A stretch of 64,000 nucleotides of DNA from an uncultured delta proteobacterium (GCA_963713045.1 CAVQKE010000003.1:1056001-1120000), one strand, 5' to 3'. Counted from the stretch's first letter, positions 47,252 through 57,674 are shown. Notes: a model not told the origin generated them from the sequence alone. Numbers and translations: made by a program.

Positions 47252-48766
47252 TCAGCTGCGGGTCCAGCCAGCACCTTGTGGGCGCGCTTCGGCCTCGGCG
47301 GCCAGCTTCTCCAGAATGGCCAGCGTGCTGCGTTCGGCCACCGGCGGCCAGACGCCGGGCGTGTCCGCATAGGCCTCCCGGGCCAGCTCCTCCAAGGTAA
47401 GCGGCTGGCTTTGCAGAGCGGCCTTCACCCGCGCCTCCCGCGCCGCCCGGTGGGCGAGGTAGCCCTCCAGGGCCAAGGGGCCATCGGGCAGCGGCGGCCC
47501 ATGGGCCGGGTACAGGGCGCGCACCGGAAGGTCGCGCAACCGGCGCAGCTGGCGGAGGTACTCCGCCATGTCCCCTTCCGGCGGGTCAATGAGGATGGTG
47601 CCGATGCCCGCCACCATGTCCCCCACCACCGCGGCGCGGCTGGCCTCGTCCAGAAGGCACAGGTGTCCCCGTGCATGCCCCGGGGTGTGCAGCACCCGGA
47701 AGCGCATGTCCGGCTCACCCTGAAGCCTCAGCACTTCGCCGTCGGCCAGGACGCGGCCAATCGGGACGTCCAGCCGGTCGGCGGTCCGCGCGTGGCACCA
47801 CACCGGGAGCCCCAGCTGCGCGTGGAGTGGCCCGGCGCCGCCGATGTGGTCCAGATGGTGGTGGGTGAGGAAAATGGCGCGCGCCCGAAGCCCGGCGTGG
47901 GCGAGCTCGGCCAGGCGTTGGACAAGGCGCTGCACCTCCCCGGCCTCCGAGGCACCCGGGTCCACCACCAGCAGCTCTCCGTTGCCGAGCAGCCAGCAGT
48001 TGGTGTGCGTCGCCGGCAGCAGGGTCGGCGTCCGCAGGGCGAGCAGCCGCACGCCACGCTGAAATTCCACCGGGTGGGCCGTGGGGCCCTCGGCCGAGGT
48101 GGCCAGGACCAGGGAAGCGCGCGCCGCCTCCAGGGAGGGAGAAACCAGCAGCGCCTGCAGGGTGAAGTGGTTGGGGGGGTGAAGCAGCGCGCGGCCCTCG
48201 GCCCAAGCCAGAAGCGCGTCCACCGGGGAAATCCAGGCCCCTTCGGCCAGCTCCCCCGGCCACACCTCGGCGTGCGCCTCGGCCTCCACCTCCACCAGGA
48301 AAACCCGGGCGTCAAAGCGCACCGGCATGAAGCTGGGGGTGACCCAGCGCCCGGCCGGTAGAAAGTCCTGGGCCTCCAGGTGCAGGCCAAACTCGGCCAG
48401 CACGGCCGAGAAGGGACGTCTTCCCGAAAGCAGCGCGGAGCGGGCCTCGCGCAGGGCAGCAGCGGCCGGCGTCGGCCCGCGCGCCCTCAGGACGCCCGTC
48501 TCCTCGAAGAGTTCCCGGGCAGCCGCCACCCGCAGGGTGGCCTCCTCTCCGCTGGCGCCCTCCACGCTGAGGGTACGGTCGCCCTGGTCCACCCGCCCAC
48601 CGGGGAAAGCGTAGAAGCCGGCGGCGAAGGACAGTGCCGTCCCGCGCCGCAGCCAAAAGACTTCCCACCCCCCGCCGGCTGCCGGGCGGACCAGGACCGC
48701 CACCGCTGCGTCCTTGGGCGGACTGGGGTCCGCCGGCGGAGGCATTCCAGGAAAGGCCTCGCTCAC
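47252..48766 (-). CDS. NUDIX-MBL (LACTB2-like) fusion hydrolase
   Basis: FPGGRVD...AAARELFEETG Nudix box; THHHLDH, TPGHARGH, PAHG. Confidence 0.88.
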   Translation of the reverse strand: MSEAFPGMPPPADPSPPKDAAVAVLVRPAAGGGWEVFWLRRGTALSFAAGFYAFPGGRVDQGDRTLSVEGASGEEATLRVAAARELFEETGVLRARGPTPAAAALREARSALLSGRRPFSAVLAEFGLHLEAQDFLPAGRWVTPSFMPVRFDARVFLVEVEAEAHAEVWPGELAEGAWISPVDALLAWAEGRALLHPPNHFTLQALLVSPSLEAARASLVLATSAEGPTAHPVEFQRGVRLLALRTPTLLPATHTNCWLLGNGELLVVDPGASEAGEVQRLVQRLAELAHAGLRARAIFLTHHHLDHIGGAGPLHAQLGLPVWCHARTADRLDVPIGRVLADGEVLRLQGEPDMRFRVLHTPGHARGHLCLLDEASRAAVVGDMVAGIGTILIDPPEGDMAEYLRQLRRLRDLPVRALYPAHGPPLPDGPLALEGYLAHRAAREARVKAALQSQPLTLEELAREAYADTPGVWPPVAERSTLAILEKLAAEAEARPQGAGWTRS

Positions 48767-50040
48767 CGGCCACCTGGCTGAAGGGGGGCCACCGCCAGTC
48801 GCGCGGCGGCGAGTTGCTCGGGGCGAACGTAGGCCCGGGACAGCCTCACCGCAGCGGCGTAGCGGTGGTACAGCGGGGTGTAGCGTGCCACCGGCGTCAG
48901 TCGGCCGCTCGTCTCGTCCAGAATGTAGAGGCTCGGGCCGGCGGTGCCGTCGAAGTACTTGGAGAGGGGAGTCTCCGACTCCACCTCGAAGTGCTCCACC
49001 TGGGCCTTGTCCAGGGCCTCGGCCAGCTTGCCCAAGTCATAGCCCTCGTCGCGTTCGGTGAATTGGGCGAGCAACTTGAAGCCCGAGCGGGAGACAATGC
49101 GCTTCGCCCAGCGGTTGGTGGAGCGCCGCAGCGCGGACATCAGCGCCACGTCATCGCAGTAGAGGAAGGCCAGCGGGTCGGAGGGAATCTCGAATTCCCC
49201 TCGGGCCTCCCGGTAGAAGGCGGCCAGCATCCAGTCGAAGGCCACCGCGGTGTGGTGCAGGTACACCGAGAGAAACATGTGGTAGCGGCTGAGGAGAAAG
49301 TCCTCAAAGGCGAAAGCGGCGCTGCGGCTTAAGGCCAACTCCACCCGTCCCTCGACGTGGGCCGGGTGGAGGTTTTGGATGAGCCAGTCCAAGTCAAAGC
49401 GCCCGTAGTTGACGCCGGTGTAGAAGGAGTCGCGAAGCAGGTAGTCCATCCGGTCGGCGTCCAATTCCCCGGACACCAGCGCGCGCAGAAGCGGCGTCCA
49501 GTCTGCGCCCTGGTGGGTGAAGTCCAGACCGCCAGGCGGCGTCCGGTGGGCCACCAGTGCCACCAGCGCCTCGGGGCCCAAGCCTTGGGTGGCCAGCCGG
49601 GAGCGCACCAGGTCTGCCAGGCTGCTCTGCAAGAGGAGTTGCGCTGTGAAGTCTTCGTGGGTGGCCTGGCCGGCGGGTTCCGTCACCCAGGCGGGAAGCT
49701 TCAAGCTGGCCCGCGCCGGTGCAATCCGCTCCGAGGCATGGGACAGGGGCATGTGGCCGAGGTCATGGCAGAGGGTGGCCAGCCGCACCGCGCTGCGGAA
49801 GCGGGCCCGGGTGGCTTCGGGCAAGTTGGCCCGGGCGGCGATGCCGTCAAACAGGCGCCCCACCACGTGCATCGCCCCAAGTCCATGGGCGTGCCGGGTG
49901 TGGGTGGCGCCGGGAAAGGCCAGCTCGCCGAAGCCCAGCTGCCGCACGTGGCGCAGCCGCTGGTAGTAGGGGCTGTCGACGACGGCGGCTTCGTCGTCCG
50001 AGACGGGCAAGGTGCCGTGAATGGGGTCGCGGATGCGCAT
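48763..50040 (-). CDS. HD-domain phosphohydrolase (SAMHD1/dNTPase-like family)
   Basis: RDPIHG, QRLRHVRQLG, ATHTRHAH, HDLGH.PLSH, DADRMDYLLRDS. Confidence 0.9.
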   Translation of the reverse strand: MRIRDPIHGTLPVSDDEAAVVDSPYYQRLRHVRQLGFGELAFPGATHTRHAHGLGAMHVVGRLFDGIAARANLPEATRARFRSAVRLATLCHDLGHMPLSHASERIAPARASLKLPAWVTEPAGQATHEDFTAQLLLQSSLADLVRSRLATQGLGPEALVALVAHRTPPGGLDFTHQGADWTPLLRALVSGELDADRMDYLLRDSFYTGVNYGRFDLDWLIQNLHPAHVEGRVELALSRSAAFAFEDFLLSRYHMFLSVYLHHTAVAFDWMLAAFYREARGEFEIPSDPLAFLYCDDVALMSALRRSTNRWAKRIVSRSGFKLLAQFTERDEGYDLGKLAEALDKAQVEHFEVESETPLSKYFDGTAGPSLYILDETSGRLTPVARYTPLYHRYAAAVRLSRAYVRPEQLAAARLAVAPLQPGGR

Positions 50041-50127
50041 ACGAAAGGAAGACGGCCCTGCCCCCCCCCAACGGGCCCAAGGCTGCTGAGGGGCCCCACA
50101 CCCATAACGCCAGAGGCACTCTCGCAT

Positions 50128-50246
50128 GAGACTGCCCGCCGGTGGACCCTCCCCGCTGCAGGGACTTTTCGTCGGCAGCACGGTGCGCCCCGCGTTCGCT
50201 CACCCAGGGAGGCGCCTCGCGGCCGACGGATGACCGTGTTAGTCTT
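50128..50246 (+). ncRNA. Candidate structured leader RNA (unclassified)
   Basis: Nested helices GAGACTG/TAGTCTT, CGGT/ACCG, TTCGTCGGC/GCCGACGGA, GCGCC/GGCGC and a CCCT/AGGG side hairpin; no known family recognised. Confidence 0.3.
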
Positions 50247-50263
50247 CTTTCCGCATTCCCCAA

Positions 50264-51385
50264 ATGCTCATCGCCCTCCTCCACAACGCCGACCACGACG
50301 CATTGGAGGACGACCCAGGACGCGAAGCCCGGAAGGACGTGCTTCATGTGGCTGCGGCGCTGGCCCAAGCGCTGACGCGGGGCGAGCAGGTGGCGGTCCC
50401 GGTGGTGGTGGGCAAGGCGCCGCTCGCGGCTTTCCAGTCCCTGGGGGACCACCCGCCGGATGTGGTGGTCAACCTGTGCGAGTCCGTCTCCGGAGACAGC
50501 CGCGGGGAAATGGCGGCCAGCGCGCTCTTGGAATTGTTGGGCATCCCCTTCACCGGCTCCGGCCCGCTGGCCCTTGGCCTGGCCCTGCACAAGGACAAGG
50601 CCAAGGAGTTGCTCGTCGCCCGGGGCGTGCCGACCCCGGCCTTCACGGTGGTTTCCTCACTGACCGAGCTGCCCCGGGTGCAGTTGCCCTTCCCCCTCAT
50701 CGTCAAGCCGGTGCGTGAGGACGCCTCGGCCGGCGTCAGCTTCGACTCGGTGGTGCAGGACGCCGCTTCGCTGCGGGAGGCGGTGGAGTTGGTGCTGCGC
50801 ACCTTCCAACAGCCGGCCCTGGTGGAACGCTTCATCGCCGGACGCGAGGTCTACGTCTCCCTTTTGGGGAACACCCCCCGGGTGGTACTTCCGCTGAGCG
50901 AAATTCACTTTGGGAAGGCCTTCGAGGGGCGCCCCCGCATTGTCAGCTACCGAGCGAAGTGGGAGACGGCCAGCGCCGAATGCCGAGACAGCCCCTCCGG
51001 GCCGTGCACCCTGCCCCCGGCCTTGGAGGCCAAGGTGGTCGGCGCCGCCCTGGCCGCCTTCGAGGCGCTCGGCTGCCGCGACTATGGGCGGGTGGACTTG
51101 CGGCTCTCGGCGGACGGGGAGCCCTACGTCATTGACATCAACCCGAACTGCGATTTGCATCCGAAGGCGGGCTACGCGCGCGCCGCCGCCGCCGCCGGGA
51201 TGGACTACGCCGCCCTCGGCTCCCGTCTGGTGGACGTCGCGCTCGAAAGGACTCATGGACATCCGCCCCATCGCGCCAGCCGACCGGGCAGCTCTCGTCG
51301 CGCTGCTGGACCGAATCGAGAACTTCTCACCCGACGAGGTGCGGTGCGCGCTCGCGGTCATCGACCAGGCGTTGCAGCCGAATAA
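50264..51385 (+). CDS. D-Ala-D-Ala ligase-like ATP-grasp protein (non-canonical)
   Basis: NLCES, GIPFTGS, HKDKAK, IVKPVREDAS, VERFIAGRE, YRAKW, YGRVDLR, IDINPNCDL. Confidence 0.88.
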   Translation: MLIALLHNADHDALEDDPGREARKDVLHVAAALAQALTRGEQVAVPVVVGKAPLAAFQSLGDHPPDVVVNLCESVSGDSRGEMAASALLELLGIPFTGSGPLALGLALHKDKAKELLVARGVPTPAFTVVSSLTELPRVQLPFPLIVKPVREDASAGVSFDSVVQDAASLREAVELVLRTFQQPALVERFIAGREVYVSLLGNTPRVVLPLSEIHFGKAFEGRPRIVSYRAKWETASAECRDSPSGPCTLPPALEAKVVGAALAAFEALGCRDYGRVDLRLSADGEPYVIDINPNCDLHPKAGYARAAAAAGMDYAALGSRLVDVALERTHGHPPHRASRPGSSRRAAGPNRELLTRRGAVRARGHRPGVAAE

Positions 51386-51722
51386 CGGCGACTACTCCGT
51401 CTTGGTGGCGCAGCGGGACGGGCAGCTGGTGGGCTATGTGGCCTACGGCCCCTCGCCGATGACCGAGGGCACCTACGACTTGCATTGGATTGCCTCGGAG
51501 CCGGCCTACCGCGGTAAGGGCGTCGGCGCCGGCCTCATCGCCTCCATGGAAGCGGACCTTCGGCGGCGCACGGCGCGCCTGGTGCGGGTGGAGACGTCGG
51601 CCACCGAGGACTACGGCCCGGCGCGTGGCTTCTACCAGTCGATGCGCTACCGCGAGGAGGCGCGCTTCCGGGACTTCTACCGTCCGGGCGATGACCTCAT
51701 CCTCTTGAAGAAGAAGCTTTAG
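51255..51722 (+). CDS. GNAT N-acetyltransferase
   Basis: GAAAGGA RBS; YDLHWIA...RGKGVG, VETS...Y.PARGFY, DFYRPGDD. Confidence 0.9.
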   Translation: MDIRPIAPADRAALVALLDRIENFSPDEVRCALAVIDQALQPNNGDYSVLVAQRDGQLVGYVAYGPSPMTEGTYDLHWIASEPAYRGKGVGAGLIASMEADLRRRTARLVRVETSATEDYGPARGFYQSMRYREEARFRDFYRPGDDLILLKKKL

Positions 51723-51723
51723 C

Positions 51724-53196
51724 GTGACCCGCCCGATGAGGGTTTTGCGCGGGGGCTGGCTGGTCAGCTGCGGGCTGCTCATCCTGTCGGCCGGGCAGCT
51801 CGCCGCCGCCGCTCCGCTGAGCGACGCGCTGCGCGTGCGCCGTCCCGCCGGCGGGGAATGGTTCGGCGTCTACTTGGTGGACAAGAAAGTGGGCTGGTAC
51901 TTCACCGACCTCTCCCTCGTCCCGGGAAAGCCGAGCCAGGCGCGCTTCGTCCTCGAACTGGTCTTCAAAGCCAAGGCCGGGCAAGCGGTGGTCGACCGAC
52001 ACCACCGTGAGGAGCGCGTTTACGAATCCCGTCCCGGCGGGCGCCTGCTGTCCTTCGTTTTCGAGGACAAGGGCGACGGCGGGACGCAGACGCTGGTTGG
52101 GAAGGCCAGCCCGAAGGGCGTGGAGGTGCTTCGCCGCCGTCCGGGGCACGCCGATGAGCACCTCAGCCTGCCAGCCATTGCAGAGACGGTGGAGGACGCA
52201 GACTCGGTGCGGGTGGCGCTGCTGCGCGACGCCCCGGTCTCGGGAATGGTGCTGGATGGAATGGACCTGGTCGCCGCCAAAGTCACCACCACCCCGGGGG
52301 GCACCGAGCGGCGCACCCTCAACGGCGTCCCCGTCACCCTGCGCCAGGCCACCACCATCTCCGAGAAGGACAAGGTGCCCGGCGTTTCGCTGGTGACGGG
52401 GAAGGGAGAAATTCTGGAGACGGTTTTCGGCGGCAACTCCGCCTTTCGGGCCGAGCCCAAGTCGGTCGCGCAGCGGCTGGACCGGGTGGAGATTTTCGGC
52501 CTGGCCCGCCTGCCGCTGCCAAAGCCCATCCCAGACGCGGCCCTGGGAGTCCCTGGGGACTTGACGCTGGTGCTGGAGGGCCTGGGGCCGGACTTTCGGC
52601 GCTCGCTGGAGCGGCAGCGCTACCAGCCCGTGGGCGACGACCGGACGGAAGTGCACATTCGCGCCGCACCTCCGGAGGTCTCCCAGCTGGGCACCCGGCC
52701 TCTGCAGGCGCCGCAAGGTGAGGAGTACCTCAAGGCGAGCCTGGCGGTGGAGTCCGAGGCTCCAGAAATTGTCGCCAAGGCGCGAGAAATTGCCGGCGCA
52801 GAGACCGACGCCTACGCCGCGGCCAAGCGGGTGGTGGCCTGGGTGGGCGCCCACATGAAGAAGGAGTACGGGGCCAGCGCCGACCGCGCCACCGACGTCC
52901 TCCGTCAAATGCGCGGCGACTGCACCGAGCATGCCCTTTTGTCGGTGGCGCTGCTGCGGGCCCTGGGCATCCCAGCACGGCGGGTGGACGGCGTGGTGTA
53001 CGTCAACAACGGCGACGGCGTCCCGGCGCTGTACTGGCATGAGTGGGTGGAGGCCTACGTCGGCTCAGTCTGGACGCAGCTCGACCCCACCCTCGGCCAG
53101 CCGGTGGCCGATGCCACCCACCTTGCCTTGGGGGAGGAAAGCCAAGCGGACATCATGACGCTGCTTGGAAAGCTGAAGGTGGTGGACGTCCACTGA
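51724..53196 (+). CDS. Exported transglutaminase-like (Cys-His-Asp) protein
   Basis: Signal peptide; GDCTEHA, RALGIPAR, WHEWVE, LDPT. Confidence 0.9.
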   Translation: MTRPMRVLRGGWLVSCGLLILSAGQLAAAAPLSDALRVRRPAGGEWFGVYLVDKKVGWYFTDLSLVPGKPSQARFVLELVFKAKAGQAVVDRHHREERVYESRPGGRLLSFVFEDKGDGGTQTLVGKASPKGVEVLRRRPGHADEHLSLPAIAETVEDADSVRVALLRDAPVSGMVLDGMDLVAAKVTTTPGGTERRTLNGVPVTLRQATTISEKDKVPGVSLVTGKGEILETVFGGNSAFRAEPKSVAQRLDRVEIFGLARLPLPKPIPDAALGVPGDLTLVLEGLGPDFRRSLERQRYQPVGDDRTEVHIRAAPPEVSQLGTRPLQAPQGEEYLKASLAVESEAPEIVAKAREIAGAETDAYAAAKRVVAWVGAHMKKEYGASADRATDVLRQMRGDCTEHALLSVALLRALGIPARRVDGVVYVNNGDGVPALYWHEWVEAYVGSVWTQLDPTLGQPVADATHLALGEESQADIMTLLGKLKVVDVH

Positions 53197-53230
53197 GGGG
53201 CGAATTTGGGCCCAGCGACGTTGCGGGCCT

Positions 53231-53482
53231 TCAGCGTCGGCGGTTCACCAGGTAGAGCAGCGCCAGCGAGCCGAGGATGGAGAAAATCCACCCCGCTGGC
53301 CGAATGGTGGCGGCGAAGAGGCCGCCGGCCAGGACGGAGCCGACCAGTCCACCCAGCAGCGAGCCCCCCATTCCCAGAAGGGCGGTGGCCCCCAGCCCCA
53401 TCGGCTGCTTGGCGGGGAAAAGGGCGCGGGCGATGGCGCCACACACCAAACCAACGACCGCGAACCAAAGAAGTGAAATCAT
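53231..53482 (-). CDS. GlsB/YeaQ/YmgE (transglycosylase-associated) membrane protein
   Basis: GLVCGAIARALFP, LGMGGSLLGG, SILGSLALL; GGAGG RBS. Confidence 0.88.
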   Translation of the reverse strand: MISLLWFAVVGLVCGAIARALFPAKQPMGLGATALLGMGGSLLGGLVGSVLAGGLFAATIRPAGWIFSILGSLALLYLVNRRR

Positions 53483-53552
53483 CGGGACACGCCTCCAACG
53501 ACGCCGGGGCACGGCACTTGCCGCAGACTCTGCACCCGGCCGCCAGCGGCTG

Positions 53553-55610
53553 TCACCCCTTTTGGCCGACGGCCCCGAGCGCGGCCACCAGGGCTGCCGC
53601 CTCCGTCACCGGCGGCGCGCAGGAGAAGTTCCGGCAGAGATAGGCGGTGGGCTGCCCCCCCAGCCGCTCGCGACCCTCGGCCAGAGGGCCCAGCACCGCT
53701 GGGACTCGGCCAGGTTCCACCTGCGCCAGCGCCACCGTCGGGGCCCAGCTGCCATCCACCGCGCGTCGGAGTGCCTCCACCTCGTCCCTCGCCCCCACCA
53801 ACAGGACTTCCGCCGCTCCGTCCAGTGCGGCGTCTGCGGCCAGCCACAAATGCCCGTAGCCGAAGGGGTTGGCCGTCATCGCCTGGTGCAGGCGGCGCAG
53901 GTAGCGCCAGGCCTGCTCCAGGTGCCGGCCGTCGCCGGTGAGGGCTGACAGCGCCACTTGGGCTTCGGTGAGGGTGCTGGCGCCTGAGGGAAAGGCATTG
54001 TCGTGAAGGGCGTAGGTGGGGACCAGCAGCTGTGCATGCGCCGACGTCCGGTAGGCCGCCTGGGGCTGGTCCCAAAAGCGACTCACCGCTGCGTCGGCCA
54101 CTTCCCGGGCCAAACCAATCCAGCGCGACTCCAGGGTGGCCTGGCTGAGCGCCACCAGCCCGGCGGCGAAGTCCCCATAGTCCTCGAGGAAGTCCTCCTC
54201 CATCGGCTTACTGGCGAGCCGCTCCAGCCGGCCTGCGCGCCACTGCTCGCGCAGCACGGCGTCGGCCGCGCGCTGGGCAAGCTGCGCCCAGTCCGGACGG
54301 ACGAAGGCCCGGGCCGCGGCAGCGAGGCCTGAAATGGCGAGCCCATTCCAGCCGGCGAGCACCTTCTCGTCGCGCCCCGGGCGCACCCGGCCCTCGCGTG
54401 CGGCGAACAGGCGCCCTCTCGCCTCGGCCAGCTGGTGCTCCACCTCCTGCAACGGCTGGCCCAGCCGCTCGGCCAGTTGGGCCGCCGGCACCCTCACTTC
54501 CAGGACGTTGCGGCCGTGCTCGAAATTCCCGTCCAACGTCACGCCGAAGTGCAGGGCGGCGACGTCGGCCAGCGGTTGGCCAAGCAGCTTTCGGAAGTCC
54601 TGCAGCGTCCAGGTGAAGAAGCGCCCCTCCTCGCCCTCGCTGTCGGCGTCCTGGGTGGCGTAGAAGGCCCCCGACGGCGCGCACATCTCCCGCTCCAGCC
54701 AGCCCACCACCCCTTCGGCCACATGTTGCCAAAGGGGCCGCGCTTCAATCAGCTGTGCCTCGGCGTACAGCCGCAGCAGCTGGGCATTGTCGTACAGCAT
54801 TTTTTCGAAGTGGGGCACTCGCCAGGCGGCGTCCACGCTGTAGCGGTGAAAGCCGCCGCCCAGCTGGTCGTACACGCCTCCCAGCGCCATCCGCTCGAGC
54901 GCGAACAGGGCCGCTTGCTGCAGCGCTGGCCCCGCGCCCCGGCGCGCGGCGCGCAGCAGCAGGGCCACATTCATCGGGTTGGGAAACTTGGGGGCCGAGC
55001 CAAAGCCCCCATGCACGGCGTCCAAGTCCTCCGCCAGAGTGAGGCCCGCCGCGCGGACGTCCTTCACCGAGAGGTCCGCCGGCGCCGCGTCCAGGCCCCA
55101 GGTGGCGAGGTGACGCAGTCCAGTGGTGAATTGCTCGGCCTGGACGCGTACCTCCTCCGGGCGCGTCCGGTAGACGTCGGCCAGCGTCCGTAACAGCTTG
55201 GGGAAGGCCGGGAGCCCGTGGCCGTCCACCGGGGGGAAGTAGGTGCCGCCGTAGAAGGGCTCCAGCGCCGGGGTGAGGAAGACAGTCAGTGGCGAACCAC
55301 CGCCGCGGCCCATCAGCTGCACCACGCCCTGGTACAGCTGGTCCAAGTCCGGGCGCTCCTCGCGGTCCACCTTCACGTTGACGAAGCTGTCGTTCATCAG
55401 CCGGGCCGTCGCCTCGTCCTCGAAGGACTCGTGCGCCATGACGTGGCACCAGTGGCAGGCCGAATAGCCGACGCTGACCAACAGGGGACGGTTTTCCCGC
55501 CGGGCCCGGGCCAGCGCCTCCTCCCCCCACGGGTACCAGTCCACCGGGTTGTGGGCGTGCTGGCGCAGGTAGGGGGACGTCTCTTGGCTGAGTCGGTTGG
55601 GAGTTTCCAC
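53553..55610 (-). CDS. YyaL/SSP411 thioredoxin-domain protein
   Basis: [53 protein letters not shown]. Confidence 0.93.
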   Translation of the reverse strand: METPNRLSQETSPYLRQHAHNPVDWYPWGEEALARARRENRPLLVSVGYSACHWCHVMAHESFEDEATARLMNDSFVNVKVDREERPDLDQLYQGVVQLMGRGGGSPLTVFLTPALEPFYGGTYFPPVDGHGLPAFPKLLRTLADVYRTRPEEVRVQAEQFTTGLRHLATWGLDAAPADLSVKDVRAAGLTLAEDLDAVHGGFGSAPKFPNPMNVALLLRAARRGAGPALQQAALFALERMALGGVYDQLGGGFHRYSVDAAWRVPHFEKMLYDNAQLLRLYAEAQLIEARPLWQHVAEGVVGWLEREMCAPSGAFYATQDADSEGEEGRFFTWTLQDFRKLLGQPLADVAALHFGVTLDGNFEHGRNVLEVRVPAAQLAERLGQPLQEVEHQLAEARGRLFAAREGRVRPGRDEKVLAGWNGLAISGLAAAARAFVRPDWAQLAQRAADAVLREQWRAGRLERLASKPMEEDFLEDYGDFAAGLVALSQATLESRWIGLAREVADAAVSRFWDQPQAAYRTSAHAQLLVPTYALHDNAFPSGASTLTEAQVALSALTGDGRHLEQAWRYLRRLHQAMTANPFGYGHLWLAADAALDGAAEVLLVGARDEVEALRRAVDGSWAPTVALAQVEPGRVPAVLGPLAEGRERLGGQPTAYLCRNFSCAPPVTEAAALVAALGAVGQKG

Positions 55611-55762
55611 GGGCAAGGAGAAGAGAGACCCCAAAGGGCCACCTCGTCTTTCCTTCACCTACTGCCCCCCAGCCCGGGCGCACAAGCGGCCCCGGGGGTG
55701 GACGGGGGCCGCACCGGCCGGGCAGGCTGCGCGCCCGGCTACCCTCTGGCCCATCCCCTTTC

Positions 55763-57657
55763 GTGCTGGAGCATTTCCACACGCTGGAGCGGCTGCTTCA
55801 GCTCGAGCAGGCTGCCGCGCGGGCAAGGGAGTTGGAGGAGCGCGCCTGCCTCAGCCAACAGGAACGCGAGGCGCGCGGGCTGTCCGCTTCGGGCCTTCTT
55901 CGGGTGGAGGAGTCGGTGGGCCTTGGAGGGCGCTTTGTGGTGGCGCTGGAGCGGCCCGGTGGCGCGCTGCTTCCGGCTCGGCTGTCGCCGGGAGAGGTGG
56001 TGGAGGCCCGGCCGCGGGCCAACCAATCCACCCGACCCGAGCGCGCGGTGGTGGTGCGCAGCACCCGCACCCGGGTGGAAGTGGCCTTCGACGGGCCGCC
56101 GCCAGCTTTCCTCCGGACGGGGCGGGTGGTGCTGGACGTCGTCCCGGATGACGTCACCTTCGGGCGGGCGGCTGCAGCGCTGGCCGAGGTGGCCAAGATG
56201 GAGACGGGCCGCGGCCGGCGGCTGCGTGACTTGCTGCTCGGCCTGCGCCCACCGGAATTCGAGGGGCCCCAGGCTTTCGCCGGCACAGCCCTCAATGCCG
56301 AGCAGGCCGAGGCAACTGCGGTGGCCTTGACCGCGCGCGACGTCTTCTGTGTCCAGGGGCCGCCGGGGACCGGGAAAAGCACCATTCTGGCCGAAGTGGC
56401 AGCCGCGTCGGTGCGCGCCGGAGTGAGCCCGCTGTTGTGCACCGCCGCCAGCAACGCCGCGGTGGACCACCTTTGTCCCTGTGCCTTCAAGCAGGGCTAC
56501 GGGCGGTGCGCATCGGCCATCCCGCCCGGGTGGGCAGCGGACTTCAGCACGCGGTGCTGGACGTCCTGGTGGAGGCGCATCCGGACCGGCAGCTCGCCAA
56601 AGGCCTTTTTGAGGAGGCCTATGGGCTGTTGGGGCACGCCGCCAAGCAACGGCTGCGCGGCCGAAGCCGGGAGCGCTTCGCCAACGCGCGCGCCGCCCAG
56701 GCCGAGGCCAAGGGGTTGCTCGCCGAGGCGCGCGCACTTGAGCGCAAAGCGGTGGACGCGGTGCTGGGCGGAGCCCAGGTGCTGTGCGCCACCCTCAGCG
56801 CACTCGGCACCTCGCCGCTTTCCCGGATGCGCTTCCCCTTGGCACTGGTGGACGAGGCCACCCAGGCCATCGAGCCGCTGACCCTTTTGGCTTTCCTCCG
56901 GGCCGACCGCGTCCTTCTGGCCGGGGACCACCGCCAGCTTCCCCCCACCGTCCTCAGCGAGCAGGCGGCGCGGGGTGGGCTTTCTCGAAGCCTCTTCGAG
57001 AGGCTGGTGGACACCCACGGCGCTGCCGTCCACCGCATGCTGACCGAGGAGTACCGGATGAATGAGGCGTTGCTGACACTCATCTCCGGCCCCTTCTACC
57101 GAGGGAAGCTGCGCGCCCACCCGAGCGTGGCCAAAAGGACGTTGGACGAAGTCCTCCGCCCCGGCGCGGAGGTGGACGCCCCGCCCTTCCTCTTCCTCGA
57201 CACAGCCGGCAAAGGCTTCGAGGAGGCCCAAGAGGCGCGCTCAGAAAGCTATGACAACCCAGGGGAGGCGGCCCTGGTGGCCGCCCGTGCCCAGTCGCTG
57301 TTGGAAGCCGGCTTGGCACCCGAGGGGCTGGCCGTCATTACCCCCTACCGAGGCCAAGCCAGCCTGCTTCAGGCCGCCCTTTCCGGACGCGGCGTCGAAG
57401 TGGACACGGTGGACGCCTTCCAAGGCCGAGAGGCCGATGCGGTGCTGGTGAGCTGCGTGCGCAGCAACGCCGAGGGGCGCTTGGGCTTTCTTCAGGACTT
57501 GCGGCGGATGAATGTCGCCCTGTCACGCGCGCGTCGTCACCTCTTTCTGGTGGGTGACTCCGCGACGTTAAGCCGCCACCCCTTCTACGCCGGGCTGGTG
57601 GAGCAGGCGCAGGCATCCGGTGGTTACCGCAGCGCCTGGGAATGGCCGGAACCCTGA
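55763..57657 (+). CDS. IGHMBP2/Upf1-like SF1B helicase; one base missing at T run 56472-56474
   Basis: LNAEQ, QGPPGTGKS, ASNAAVDH; then VRIGHPAR, DEATQ, GDHRQLPP, YRM, TPYRGQ, TVDAFQGRE, RRMNVALSRAR in the other frame. Confidence 0.9.
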
Positions 57658-57674
57658 GGAAAAGACCGGCCACA

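Noticed and set aside
50061..50069. C9 homopolymer upstream of the HD gene
   Set aside because: Not within a recognisable promoter spacer or reading frame
50111..50140. AGAGGCAC..ATGAG and GAGACTGCC resembling lysine or cobalamin riboswitch fragments
   Set aside because: The remaining conserved elements (AAAGG/GCCGAA; GGGAA/GCCCCCGC and B12 box) are absent
55660..55740. GC-rich inverted repeats between yyaL and the helicase
   Set aside because: Almost pure G/C stems, not repeated elsewhere; no REP or MITE evidence
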